DNA of 60,201 nucleotides from Candidatus Onthoplasma sp. (GCA_045637825.1 JAZUAD010000024.1:1-60201); one strand, 5' to 3'. Numbered from the stretch's first letter, positions 1 to 10,181 are shown. The notes: generated by a model not told the origin, from the letters alone. A program made the numbers and translations.

Positions 1-63
1 TTAATGCTATTTTATTTATATTATATAAATTTGTAAAAAAATGTAAAAACTATTATAAATGTT

Positions 64-95
64 TTGACTTTTAAACTAGGTTAGTGATATACTAA
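64..95 (+). promoter_or_regulatory. sigma-A-type promoter of BspA-like gene 1 (TTGACT-N18-TATACT, extended -10 TG)
   Basis: TTGACT at 64-69; TAGTGATATACTAA with TATACT at 88-93; same layout precedes all four paralogues. Confidence 0.7.
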
Positions 96-148
96 TTATG
101 AATTAATATGCAGACATTGTGTAAACTATTGAGAAAAAGGGGATAGTT

Positions 149-2299
149 ATGTCAAAAATTAAAAAACTTATATTAACCTTAGGTGTAGCATTTAGTATGG
201 CTATTGCTTTTGTGGTTGGTGCAGTGGTGCTAAAGCAGGATAAATCTAAGCCAAGTGATGAAACTCCTATAGCTACCTATATTCCAGTTAAGCACGCTAC
301 TTATCAATTTGAAGTTAATGAGGTAGAGATGTGCTCCGGTACTAAAAATATAAACTATAGTTATGTTCCAGACACAAATGCTGGTGCAACCTCTATAGCA
401 TATGAATATGTGTTTAATAATCCTATGGGTGAAACTATGGCAATTACATTAAAGACTATAGGTTCGGAGAATGTAAACCTAAGTTATGCTTATAGTGATA
501 CAAGGTTAACCAGTATTACTAGTAGTTCATCTCCATTTGCTGGGCAAACTATAAATACTCACCAAACCAAGTATATTTACATAATTGTATCTCCAAGCAA
601 TAGTATGACATCAGCAGAGTTTCAATCTACTATAACTTGGTATCAAGGTAAGGCAGGTACAATGACCTATACAATAGGTAATAACACTATTACTGATGTT
701 GTGGTTAAAGGTCAACCTATTACTCAATTAAATCCTGAAATAGATGATAGTTATGAACTTACTGGCTGGTACTATGATGAGGAATGTACTCAACCAGTAA
801 CTTTCCCAATCAAGGCAAATGTTGAAACACTTTATCCAAAAGTTAATCGTAAACCAAACCTACCTAGCGACTGGATTAAATGGGATAGCGCAAGCAGTAG
901 TTATCATATGTTTGATCCGTATGATAGAGGATTCAGTGGAGAAGTTGAAGATATTGTGAATAACAATCCAGGACCTTTTACAGAGTTGCCTGAAGATTTA
1001 GTTATACCTGCATATTATGATGATGGAATTCATGGTAGGGCACCAGTTACTGAACTTCCTGCACCTTTTGCATCTCCTGATGGTATTGGACCAGACTCAT
1101 ATGAATCGGTATTTCAATCAAATGTAAGAAAAATTACTATACCTGAAACCATTACACAAATACGAGCAGGTACATTTGCATACAGTACAATAACTACTAT
1201 AACATTGCCAAACACATTAACAGAGATAAATTCTCATGCTTTTGCTTGTTCAAATTTAACTACTATAAATTTAAGTGAATGTGATGCTTTAACAACAATA
1301 GGAGACCGTGCATTTTTTGCTTCTAGTTTAGGTGGGGTTGTTGTATTGCCTATTAATGTTGTAAATATTGGATATGCATCTTTTACGTACGCCAACGTAA
1401 CAGAAATTGATTTGGGTGCTTGCAGAAATCTAACAACTATAGAAGAATATGTATTCGAGTCATGTTCTATAACAACTATAACTTTACCAGCAAGTTTAAC
1501 TACTATTGAAGATGATGCGTTTTTTGATTGTACCAACCTTATCACTATTTACAATGGTTCTAATCTTGAATTAGTAGCGGGTAGTAGTGACCATGGTCGT
1601 ATTGCATTGTATGCAACAAACATAATTAACTATCCTAAGGTTACATTTATGGCTAATGGCGGAACTTTTGAAGGCGTAGAGGGTATGGAAGGGTATGTGT
1701 TTGGTACTAATAGTGAAGTAGTTGTAGAAAACTTAAATTCTACTTATCCATTTACTGTAAATGCTAATGGTTATTGGGAGAGTGGAAATAAGGGTGTTAA
1801 CAACTCGTATTCACTTGCTAAAGTATCATTCTATGCCAATGCTGGTGACCAAGTAGTATTTACTGTAATTAACTATGCTGAAGCTAACTATGATTATGGT
1901 ATATTTGGTAACCTAGATAGTACATTGTCATCAAGTAATACAGCGGATTCTTCATACTATAAGAGATTTTATGGCGAATCAAGTGCTTCAGAAAAAACAG
2001 TTACTTATAATATAACTAGTGCTGGTGACCATTATATTTATGTTAAATTTAGAAAAGACAGTAGTCAACACAGTTATAACGATTCATTACAATTTAAGGT
2101 GGCGTTAGTATCAACTGTAACAAGTTATAGCAGTGCAGCTACTAAAGTTAAACCAAATGTTGCTATAGGCACAATGCCTACACCTATCCGTAGCGGATAT
2201 ACATTTGCTGGTTGGTATACTGATAAGAATTACACTACAAAAGTAACCTCAAGTTCTACAATAAGTGAAGATACTACTGTGTATGCTAAATGGGAATAA
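149..2299 (+). CDS. BspA-like leucine-rich repeat (LRR_5) surface protein with N-terminal membrane anchor and InlB B-repeat-like (Flg_new) domains, paralogue 1
   Basis: Basic+hydrophobic N-terminus; LPxxLTxIxxxAF repeats; GWYxDxxCT and PTPxRSGYTFAGWY...VYAKW B-repeat motifs; SD AAAGGGG. Confidence 0.85.
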   Translation: MSKIKKLILTLGVAFSMAIAFVVGAVVLKQDKSKPSDETPIATYIPVKHATYQFEVNEVEMCSGTKNINYSYVPDTNAGATSIAYEYVFNNPMGETMAITLKTIGSENVNLSYAYSDTRLTSITSSSSPFAGQTINTHQTKYIYIIVSPSNSMTSAEFQSTITWYQGKAGTMTYTIGNNTITDVVVKGQPITQLNPEIDDSYELTGWYYDEECTQPVTFPIKANVETLYPKVNRKPNLPSDWIKWDSASSSYHMFDPYDRGFSGEVEDIVNNNPGPFTELPEDLVIPAYYDDGIHGRAPVTELPAPFASPDGIGPDSYESVFQSNVRKITIPETITQIRAGTFAYSTITTITLPNTLTEINSHAFACSNLTTINLSECDALTTIGDRAFFASSLGGVVVLPINVVNIGYASFTYANVTEIDLGACRNLTTIEEYVFESCSITTITLPASLTTIEDDAFFDCTNLITIYNGSNLELVAGSSDHGRIALYATNIINYPKVTFMANGGTFEGVEGMEGYVFGTNSEVVVENLNSTYPFTVNANGYWESGNKGVNNSYSLAKVSFYANAGDQVVFTVINYAEANYDYGIFGNLDSTLSSSNTADSSYYKRFYGESSASEKTVTYNITSAGDHYIYVKFRKDSSQHSYNDSLQFKVALVSTVTSYSSAATKVKPNVAIGTMPTPIRSGYTFAGWYTDKNYTTKVTSSSTISEDTTVYAKWE

Positions 2300-2303
2300 A
2301 AAT

Positions 2304-2336
2304 AAAAAGTGACTTATTAATATAGGTCACTTTTTT
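2304..2336 (+). terminator. Rho-independent terminator
   Basis: AAAAAGTGAC...GTCACTTTTTT hairpin right after the stop codon. Confidence 0.8.
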
Positions 2337-2380
2337 CACCTAAAAATATATGTGTTCATATATAAAATAAGAGGTGAAAT

Positions 2381-3310
2381 ATGACATATCAAGAGTTGGT
2401 TCAACGTATTGTAGATTTGCAAGATGAGGGGTTAGAATTATTTAATGCGGGCAAAAGTGTGTTAGGAAAAAACATACTGGCAACCCACGTTGGAAGTTAT
2501 GACGGAGTGCAAATTTTAATCCAAGGCGGAATACATGCAAGGGAATATATATCAACGTTACTTATGATAGAGCAAGCAAGATATTTACATAGTACTGAGC
2601 AAGTACAAAATGGCGGAATATACTTTGTGTTTTTAACCAATCCTGATGGGGCGGAGATTGTGTTGGACGGAATAGATAGTGTGCCTTGCGATATTACTAA
2701 GCAGTATCTAACGCTTGCAAATGGAGGATTTAATTTTTCGCAGTATAAGGCAAATATTAATCTTGTGGACCTTAATACCAACTTTGATGCCGATTGGGGC
2801 GAGGGTGCGCAAAATGTAAGATGTCCTGCAACTGAAGACTTTATTGGTTTTTATCCAAACAGCGAACGTGAAGTACAAAGTTTAATTGACTTTACACGAC
2901 AGGTACGCCCAAGTTTAACAATATCGTACCACTCCAAGGGAGAGGTGATTTTTTATGGATTTACAGGGCAAACTGAACAAGATATTGAGCGTGATAGGGC
3001 TATTGGCGAGCAATTATCTGAAACTACTGGTTACCCACTAATATTTACGGAAAATAGCACTGGTGGATATAAGGATTGGTGTATTCGTAATCTTAAAATA
3101 CCATCGTACACTATTGAGGTGGGTGATGAAAATTTACCACACCCTATAGGAGAAGAAAATTTGCCTGAAATATTTGAACAAAACAAAGATGTTCCACTAG
3201 TGGCACTTAATCAGGCAATAAAATATCAAAACCAAATTAACATACAAAAAAGGACCGATAATCAGCCCCGAATTGCAAAATTATTTAATTGGTTTAGACT
3301 AACGAGATAA
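2381..3310 (+). CDS. M14 zinc carboxypeptidase, gamma-D-glutamyl-meso-diaminopimelate peptidase-like
   Basis: GGIHAREY (HxxE), NPDG, DLNTNF, SYHSKG and TIEVG motifs. Confidence 0.85.
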   Translation: MTYQELVQRIVDLQDEGLELFNAGKSVLGKNILATHVGSYDGVQILIQGGIHAREYISTLLMIEQARYLHSTEQVQNGGIYFVFLTNPDGAEIVLDGIDSVPCDITKQYLTLANGGFNFSQYKANINLVDLNTNFDADWGEGAQNVRCPATEDFIGFYPNSEREVQSLIDFTRQVRPSLTISYHSKGEVIFYGFTGQTEQDIERDRAIGEQLSETTGYPLIFTENSTGGYKDWCIRNLKIPSYTIEVGDENLPHPIGEENLPEIFEQNKDVPLVALNQAIKYQNQINIQKRTDNQPRIAKLFNWFRLTR

Positions 3311-3679
3311 TTCGCAAGTCTTTTCGATGTCACAATATTCTTCAAGAGATTGAATATAAGTTTTACCATCAAAAACTAAATCTTTATTGCTATCAGCCAT
3401 TAGATTACGCCAAGCAATTACTGGACGTAATAGACGTTGAGTTAATTCTTTTGAATTATTGTGTGAAATTTTGCGATTATGATAACCATAAGCATCAAAA
3501 TATACGTGCTCATTATCACTATATGCAGACTCAAACCATATAGACACATATGCTTTGCCTGACACTGGGTCGATTAATGTTTGATGATTAACATAATCTC
3601 CGTTATAAATAACATCTATAAACTTTACAATATCTTTACGTTTTAAACTGTCTAACCAAAAATTATTTAATTTTACCAT
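3299..3679 (-). CDS. hypothetical ORFan protein (126 aa, ends ...CELSR)
   Basis: ORF track gives 3299..3739; start moved to ATG 3679, which follows SD AAAGGAG and a TTGACA-N17-TATTAT promoter. Confidence 0.75.
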   Translation of the reverse strand: MVKLNNFWLDSLKRKDIVKFIDVIYNGDYVNHQTLIDPVSGKAYVSIWFESAYSDNEHVYFDAYGYHNRKISHNNSKELTQRLLRPVIAWRNLMADSNKDLVFDGKTYIQSLEEYCDIEKTCELSR

Positions 3680-3753
3680 ATAATACTCCTTTCTATTGCC
3701 AGTATAATAGCATAGCAAACTTAACTTGTCAATAGGCAAATATTAAAATAAAT

Positions 3754-3786
3754 AAAAAAATAGCGAGTGTGTTACGCTATTTTTTT
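3754..3786 (-). terminator. Rho-independent terminator downstream of the CPBP gene pair
   Basis: AAAAAAATAGCG...CGCTATTTTTTT hairpin with A/T tails on both sides. Confidence 0.7.
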
Positions 3787-3823
3787 AAGTATTATAAACT
3801 AATTTTAAATTAACTTTATTAAA

Positions 3824-4873
3824 TTATAATATTCCCCAAACAAACGAGCAAATAGTGATTAGCGAGCCTAATACAATGCTAGAATATAGGAATATTTTGT
3901 CAACAAATTTTAAAGCAGGTTCTGTATCTTCAATTAATTTGGTTGGTTTTGACGAGGTTTGCTTTAGTACAGTTTCTACTTCACTAAGTTTTTGTTGCAT
4001 TTCAGTATAACTTAAATCATCTAATTTTAGGTCCTTGGCAAGTTGTAATGCTACTTGCTTTTGCTTGTGGCGTGATATTGCTTTAAGTAGATTTCTATAA
4101 AGAGAAAATAGCAACATAATTACGCCTGAAAGTAGCAGTATACATAGCAATAATCCTGATGAAAATATTGCGTTTTCAACATTATATTTAAAGTCCGCTA
4201 AAGGCCAATTAAGTTCACGTCCATAACTAAAATATATGCTTAAAGCATTGTTCATAAAGTGTATTATCATAGCAGGGTATATGCTATCAGCAACTATTAC
4301 AACAATACCCATTAAGCAACCTAAAATGCTGGCATAAAAGAATTGCTGAATATTAAGATGCATCAAACCAAACAATAACGATGAAAATAGTAGTCCGTAA
4401 CGGGTGTAACCTTGTTTTTGGCTACCACGCATAAACATACCTCTATGCAAAACTTCTTCACAAATTCCAGGAACTATTGCCGTTAATAAAAACTCCATAC
4501 CAATGCTATTGCTAACGCTTAATGAAATGTTGATCGAATTGTCATAACCTAGCAGAGTGAGTATAGTGTAAAATATATCTGCTACATAATTATTGATAAA
4601 AAATAGTACAAATCCCAAGGCGATAGAATATAACAAAATTGTAAAGGATGTTTTTTTAAAACCAAAATCTTTAAAGGTGTTTTTAAAGCCCTTATTTACA
4701 AATATCGAGTACAGTATTATAGGAAGGGCAAACATTACAATTCCTTGTATTAAAAAGGTTGATATATACGAATTATTTAATACTTTGAAGTAACCCAAAA
4801 CAAAAATTAATGCTACACTTAGCATACACAGATAATATATTAAGTTGATAACAAAAATTTTTTTGTTTTGCAT
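3824..4873 (-). CDS. CPBP family (Abi/CAAX) intramembrane glutamic endopeptidase
   Basis: Multi-TM protein with EEVLHRG, FGLMH and IIHFMNN motifs. Confidence 0.9.
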   Translation of the reverse strand: MQNKKIFVINLIYYLCMLSVALIFVLGYFKVLNNSYISTFLIQGIVMFALPIILYSIFVNKGFKNTFKDFGFKKTSFTILLYSIALGFVLFFINNYVADIFYTILTLLGYDNSINISLSVSNSIGMEFLLTAIVPGICEEVLHRGMFMRGSQKQGYTRYGLLFSSLLFGLMHLNIQQFFYASILGCLMGIVVIVADSIYPAMIIHFMNNALSIYFSYGRELNWPLADFKYNVENAIFSSGLLLCILLLSGVIMLLFSLYRNLLKAISRHKQKQVALQLAKDLKLDDLSYTEMQQKLSEVETVLKQTSSKPTKLIEDTEPALKFVDKIFLYSSIVLGSLITICSFVWGIL

Positions 4874-4890
4874 TGTTTTTCCTTATATTT

Positions 4891-5853
4891 TTATAACAAG
4901 ATTATATATAATAGTAGCATTATTGCAATAGAACCACACAATACTACTATATCGTTTTTACTAAGTTTTGAAGAAGTGATATTTTCATTATTTTGCGCAG
5001 TAGTATTATTAATATTATCAGTTGAAGAGTTTTGACGAGTCTTAATAAAATCCTTAAATAAATAGCACATAATAACAAACCAAATAGCAAAGGTAATAAA
5101 AGCATATATTAGCATAAATGCAGAGTGTGTAAATACTTCACTAGAGGAACTAAAATATTGTATGCTAAGACTTAGTGCGTTATTTATAAAATGCAATATT
5201 ATTGGAAAAATTATATTTTTGGTACGTAAATATAATATGCTTAAAATCATTCCAAAGAATATAGGATATAGCAGTTGCGCTGGTGAAAAGTGGAATATAG
5301 AAAACATTACAGAACTTAATATTATTGCAAAAATTTCACTTTTTTGCTTTAATGCGTTAACTAAAATTCCTCTAAATATTAATTCTTCACATATTGCAGG
5401 GATTATTGCTAGTGATATGAGCGATATTAGATAATTTTTGGTAGAATCTAGGTCATATTTTAGTGAGGCAGAAGTAAAACCAAGTTTATCAACAAGCAAT
5501 TGAAAATAATTAAGCACACCCGATAATAAAAATAATGATGAAATACCAATAATTATGCATATTCCAAAATATTTATAGGTTGGCTTGCTAGCTTTAGCAA
5601 AAATATCGTTCTTGTTTATTCGTTTGTAATACCATATAAATAATAGCACAAAACCAATGTTCATAAACAAGGCCTGCAATAAATAACCTACAGCGTTATC
5701 CCAAAAGGCGGATATTTGGGTGGCGGACCTACCGCACGCTTTCATAATTGCTTCGGTTAAACTGATGCCTATAATAGAGGTTAATTGTGCAAGCACAAAG
5801 GCCATAACAAAGGCAATGCCTGCATCAAATAAAGTTAAATTACGTTTTTTCAT
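4891..5853 (-). CDS. CPBP family (Abi/CAAX) intramembrane glutamic endopeptidase
   Basis: EELIFRG, FSIFH and ILHFINN motifs; multi-TM. Confidence 0.9.
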   Translation of the reverse strand: MKKRNLTLFDAGIAFVMAFVLAQLTSIIGISLTEAIMKACGRSATQISAFWDNAVGYLLQALFMNIGFVLLFIWYYKRINKNDIFAKASKPTYKYFGICIIIGISSLFLLSGVLNYFQLLVDKLGFTSASLKYDLDSTKNYLISLISLAIIPAICEELIFRGILVNALKQKSEIFAIILSSVMFSIFHFSPAQLLYPIFFGMILSILYLRTKNIIFPIILHFINNALSLSIQYFSSSSEVFTHSAFMLIYAFITFAIWFVIMCYLFKDFIKTRQNSSTDNINNTTAQNNENITSSKLSKNDIVVLCGSIAIMLLLYIILL

Positions 5854-6048
5854 AACCTAATTATACATAATTATTTTGATATTTGCAAATATTTAACACT
5901 TAAATATTAAAATCCAATAAACAAAAGTAAAAATATCATAAAATCTTTTGACAAAATATAGACAGAAGTGTGTAAGCAAATTTAACAATTTTTAATTAAT
6001 TGCTTTACATTTAGTTGGATATGTGGTAAAATATAAATCGAGGTAATT

Positions 6049-6456
6049 ATGAAAGCAATGGGCATTGATTATGGCGAGGCACGTATTGGCATAGCACTTT
6101 CAGACTTGCTTAAGATGTTGGCAACACCATATACTACCTATCATACAAAGTCAGCGGAGGAGGATTATAACTACTTTGTTGATTTGATTAAGCGTGAAAA
6201 GGTGGATACATTAGTTGTTGGTTTACCCTACAATATGCAAGGCGAGGAGCAGGAGATTGCACATAAGGCAAGGGCTTTTGGGCAAGAACTGGCAAGTCGC
6301 AGTGGGTGTAAACTGGTGCTTTTGGACGAGCGTATGACATCTGTGGTGGCTGAAGACATTTTAAGGCAAAAATATCGTGACTGGCGGGATAGGAAAAAGC
6401 ATCTTGACGAAGTGTCGGCAATGGTTATTTTGCAAGATTATCTAGACACATTGTAA
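6049..6456 (+). CDS. ruvX: Holliday junction resolvase-like protein RuvX/YqgF (pre-16S rRNA nuclease)
   Basis: MGIDYGEARIGIALSD, VVGLPYNM, DERMTS and D..SA..ILQ motifs. Confidence 0.92.
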   Translation: MKAMGIDYGEARIGIALSDLLKMLATPYTTYHTKSAEEDYNYFVDLIKREKVDTLVVGLPYNMQGEEQEIAHKARAFGQELASRSGCKLVLLDERMTSVVAEDILRQKYRDWRDRKKHLDEVSAMVILQDYLDTL

Positions 6457-6496
6457 TTAACCTTAAATATGGTATATTAATTAAAGGAGTTTTGTA

Positions 6497-6814
6497 ATGA
6501 AGGAAGAAAAACAAATAAATCCAATCGAACAAATTTTAGATGAAAACAATATTGATAACATTGTATTGTATAACGAAAATGACGAACCTTTTGAGTTTGA
6601 ACAAATAGCTATTATTCCACTAGAAAATGGTGATAAGCAAGATTTGTATGCAATACTATTGCCTGTTACTCCACTTTCTGGCATAGAGGAAGATGAGGCA
6701 TTGGTGTTTGAAGTTAATGAGCGTGAAAATGTTATTCGTGTATGTGGTGATGACACTATTATTGATAAGGTTATGACCGAATATGAAAAACTTTTGGCTG
6801 AGGGTGAAAACTAA
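6497..6814 (+). CDS. DUF1292 (YrzB-like) acidic protein
   Basis: Acidic IVLYNENDEPFEFE...YAILLP pattern; usual position after ruvX. Confidence 0.75.
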   Translation: MKEEKQINPIEQILDENNIDNIVLYNENDEPFEFEQIAIIPLENGDKQDLYAILLPVTPLSGIEEDEALVFEVNERENVIRVCGDDTIIDKVMTEYEKLLAEGEN

Positions 6815-6887
6815 TATAGCAAATTTTAAGTCCGGTATTGACAAAATGCTAGTTATGTGCTAAAATAACAATATAGGAGATACACTT

Positions 6888-7118
6888 ATGTTTATTTTAG
6901 GGATTACTTTTAGTGAATTTATTCAAAAGGGCAACGTGATAGTTGGTATTATTTTGGCTATCTTGGGTGTTGCAGGTTGGTTGTTGGCAAACAATATTAC
7001 TAAAGCAGTACGTAAATCTGAACAAATTAAACCTAATGATTCTATTTTGGTAGGAATTAAGGTTGGCAGTTTAATTTCAATACTTTTAGGTATGGTGCTT
7101 ATTGCATTGCCACTATAA
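6888..7118 (+). CDS. small two-helix membrane protein
   Basis: Two hydrophobic segments; SD AGGAG; TTGACA promoter upstream and terminator downstream. Confidence 0.7.
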   Translation: MFILGITFSEFIQKGNVIVGIILAILGVAGWLLANNITKAVRKSEQIKPNDSILVGIKVGSLISILLGMVLIALPL

Positions 7119-7236
7119 TTTAGTATATTAAAAGTAAGTTTATTAAAACTTGCTTTTTTATTGTTTTATATAATAAAATACTTTAAATAAATTGCTTTTA
7201 TATTTATTTAGGTGTATAATTTTTAGTGAGGTAAAT

Positions 7237-7833
7237 ATGCAACATTATTTTATTGAAAAACAACATAAACTTAGTGATTATTTTGAGTTTGAGGACAACG
7301 TTTATGATATGCCATTAAAATTTAGGTCGTGCGATAGCGTTTTTAGTAAGGACCAAATAGATGAGGGAAGTCGCACCTTGCTTAATACCATTTTTGACAA
7401 GGTGGAGCTTAAAGGTAATGGTTTGGACCTAGGTTGTGGTTATGGCGTTATAGGTATTAGCATAATTAAAAAGTTGGGGCTTAATTGTGATATGATAGAT
7501 GTTAATGGTACCGCTGTAGAATTGTCTAACTTTAACCTAATATTAAACGGTATACGCTCAGGCGCAAAGGTGTTTAAATCTAATGGGTTTGAGCAAGTTA
7601 ATTCAATGTATGATTTTATAGTTACTAATCCGCCTATTAAGACTGGGAAGGCGTTATTATTTGAATTGATGCAAGGGAGCTTTGACCATTTGAATAAAGG
7701 TGGAACTTTGACGTTAGTAATACGTAAATCTCACGGAGAAGAAAGTCTAAAAAAGCATCTTATCAACATCTTTGGTAACTGCGAAATTTTAAAGCGAAAC
7801 AAGGGATATTATATACTACATTGTGTTAAATAA
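7237..7833 (+). CDS. class I SAM-dependent methyltransferase (RsmC/YbxB-like)
   Basis: MQHYF, VFSKDQIDEGS, LDLGCGYG and VTNPPI motifs; start moved from 7192 to ATG 7237 (SD GAGG). Confidence 0.85.
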   Translation: MQHYFIEKQHKLSDYFEFEDNVYDMPLKFRSCDSVFSKDQIDEGSRTLLNTIFDKVELKGNGLDLGCGYGVIGISIIKKLGLNCDMIDVNGTAVELSNFNLILNGIRSGAKVFKSNGFEQVNSMYDFIVTNPPIKTGKALLFELMQGSFDHLNKGGTLTLVIRKSHGEESLKKHLINIFGNCEILKRNKGYYILHCVK

Positions 7834-7938
7834 ACCTAATAAAATATATTAAAAATTTAATAGTGAAGATAAATAAAGTTTAAAGTGATACTAGTAATAC
7901 TTTAGACTTTTTTTAATACAATAAAAACTATAAATCTA

Positions 7939-7968
7939 TCATAAATTTTTATAAGTTTAACATAAAAT
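7939..7968 (+). promoter_or_regulatory. probable sigma-E promoter of ylbJ (ATA-N17-CATAAAAT)
   Basis: TCATAAA at 7939-7945 and CATAAAAT at 7961-7968 match the sigma-E consensus; ylbJ is sigma-E controlled in B. subtilis. Confidence 0.5.
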
Positions 7969-7973
7969 ATTTT

Positions 7974-8921
7974 ATGCAAAAATCAAGGTCAAAAACTTTA
8001 ATTTCACTAATTGTTTTTATTTCAATAACGCTATTTGTTATTAATCCTAAAGTATGTATGCAGGCAACTACTAATGGGCTAAAAGTTTGGTTAGTAAATG
8101 TGGTTCCTGCTCTTTTTCCATTTTTTATTTTAACGCGTATAATAATTATGCTTAATCAAACGTCGATAGTGTGTTTGGATAGATTTACTAACAAGTTTTT
8201 TAGAACGCAAAATGCTGGACTAGTATATTTTTTAAGTATGTTATCGGGTTATCCTGTAGGGGCTAAAATGATAAGCGGGTATTACGATAGTGGTGCAATT
8301 AACAAACAAACTGCAACCAAAATGTTTAGTTTTTGTTCTACATCAGGCCCTATGTTTATAATAGGTACTATAGGTATTGGAGTATTTCAGGATATAAAAA
8401 TTGGGTACATTTTATTGCTAGGACATATTATAGGAAGTTTTTTAAATGGACTAATATATCGAGGGAAAACTATACCAGAAAATCAGTTTGAACAAAAGGT
8501 TGGTTCAACAACGCTTAATGAAGTTATGTATGATAGTATTAATTCCATTTTGCTGGTAGGTGGCTATATAGTGTTTGCTTCGGTTTGTATTAAAATATTG
8601 GAAATTTCACATATTCTTCCATCAATAACAAATACTATTTGTAAAATAACATCATTTGATTATGAGATTGTGTATAGTATGTTATGTGGTGTGATTGAGA
8701 TTACTAATGGATTAATAATGTTAGGGCAAACTAATGTGGGACATAATATAAAAACAATATTAGCATCAATTATTATTGCTTTTTCAGGAATTTGTATTAT
8801 GCTACAAAGTTTAGGATTTTTAAATAAAATAGGGATAAAAAAAAGAACAATAATACTACAAAAGTTAACTCAAACTTTATTAACGGGATTTGTTACAGCT
8901 TTAATTCTTATGATAGTGTAG
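7974..8921 (+). CDS. ylbJ: sporulation integral membrane protein YlbJ-like
   Basis: GLKVW...VVPALFPFFIL, LSGYPVGAK, SGPMFIIGTIG and EITNG motifs. Confidence 0.85.
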   Translation: MQKSRSKTLISLIVFISITLFVINPKVCMQATTNGLKVWLVNVVPALFPFFILTRIIIMLNQTSIVCLDRFTNKFFRTQNAGLVYFLSMLSGYPVGAKMISGYYDSGAINKQTATKMFSFCSTSGPMFIIGTIGIGVFQDIKIGYILLLGHIIGSFLNGLIYRGKTIPENQFEQKVGSTTLNEVMYDSINSILLVGGYIVFASVCIKILEISHILPSITNTICKITSFDYEIVYSMLCGVIEITNGLIMLGQTNVGHNIKTILASIIIAFSGICIMLQSLGFLNKIGIKKRTIILQKLTQTLLTGFVTALILMIV

Positions 8922-9070
8922 GAATTTTATGATATTTTTATAAAAATATTGAATAATATAAATAAAAATTATTAAAAAATTAAAAAATTTTTAAAATTTG
9001 TCGAAAAATGTTTTGATTTTTCAATTATTATGTGCTAAGATATATGTATCAATATAAAAGGGGATATTTT

Positions 9071-9517
9071 ATGACAAAATTTATTGCAAATAATTGGATT
9101 GCTATAATTATTGTGTTGGTTGTTATTCTTGTTGCTCTTGTAGTTGCTTTGGTTATTATGGATCGTAAGGACAAACAACTTATTGCTAACTATAAGGCAG
9201 AACTTAAACAACTTAAGGCAAAACAAGCAGACGCTGATGTAGTTGTTGCTCCAAAGGCAGAAGAAGTTGAGGAGGTTGCTGTTAAGGAAGAAGTTAAAAA
9301 AGCTCCTGCTAAAAAGGAACCTGCTAAGACTGTTGCTAAGAAACCTGCTACAGCTAAAAAGCCAGTTGCTAAAAAAGAAGTTGTAGAAGAAGCTAAACCA
9401 GTAGAAAAGAAACCAGTTGCTAAAAAATCAGCAACTAAATCTACTGCCAAGAAACCTGCTGCTAAAAAACCAGCAACAAAAGCTACTAGCACAAAGACTA
9501 CTAAAAAAAGTAAATAA
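9071..9517 (+). CDS. membrane-anchored Lys/Ala/Pro-rich protein with histone H1-like AKKP repeats
   Basis: N-terminal TM helix, short coiled coil, then (V/T)AKKP repeats; start moved to ATG 9071 (SD AAAGGGG). Confidence 0.8.
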   Translation: MTKFIANNWIAIIIVLVVILVALVVALVIMDRKDKQLIANYKAELKQLKAKQADADVVVAPKAEEVEEVAVKEEVKKAPAKKEPAKTVAKKPATAKKPVAKKEVVEEAKPVEKKPVAKKSATKSTAKKPAAKKPATKATSTKTTKKSK

Positions 9518-9620
9518 TTAATTAAAACACCCTAGGTTAAACAATTTAATCTAAGGTGTTTTTTTTATTTAATTTATTAAATAAGTTGTCAATATTATAA
9601 AATTATGTTATTATAAAAAT

Positions 9621-10163
9621 ATGAGAGTAATAGCAGGAAAATATCGAGGTAAAAAATTAAAGGAATTTCAATTATCTTCAACCAAGCCAACGTTAGATAG
9701 GGTTAAGGAAAGTCTTTTTTCATCTATACAATTTGACTTGATTGGTGCTAAGGTTTTAGACTTGTTTTCAGGTACTGGTGCATTAGGGATTGAAAGTTTG
9801 TCACGTGGTGCTAGTAGCGTAGATTTTGTAGATAAAAATCCGGAAGCGATTAATATTATTAAACAAAATATGCAGGGTATAGAGGGTGATTTTACTATAA
9901 CTCAAAGTGATTATATGGATTTTTTAACTAAGCTAAAACCAAGCGGTAAAAAGTATGATATTATTCTATTAGACCCGCCATTTGATACGGATTTTGGGTG
10001 TAGGGCAATTGATTATATATTAACAAATAATCTTTTAACTGATAATGGGATTATTATGTATGAAAAAGCACATAATACACCTTTTGAATTAAAAGTAAAA
10101 GACTATACTTATACTCAAAAAAAATATGGAACAGTTGGCGTGGTGAAAATAATAAAAAGTTAA
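9621..10163 (+). CDS. rsmD: 16S rRNA (guanine966-N2)-methyltransferase RsmD
   Basis: MRVIAGKYRG, PTLDRVKESLF, LDLFSGTGALGIESLSRGA and LDPPF motifs. Confidence 0.93.
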   Translation: MRVIAGKYRGKKLKEFQLSSTKPTLDRVKESLFSSIQFDLIGAKVLDLFSGTGALGIESLSRGASSVDFVDKNPEAINIIKQNMQGIEGDFTITQSDYMDFLTKLKPSGKKYDIILLDPPFDTDFGCRAIDYILTNNLLTDNGIIMYEKAHNTPFELKVKDYTYTQKKYGTVGVVKIIKS

Positions 10164-10181
10164 TATCAAACATATTAAAAG

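Noticed and set aside
5939-5957. TAAAATCTTTTGACAAA, matching the promoter block of LRR genes 3 and 4
   Set aside because: No matching -10 block follows and no LRR remnant is adjacent; an AT-rich chance match cannot be excluded.
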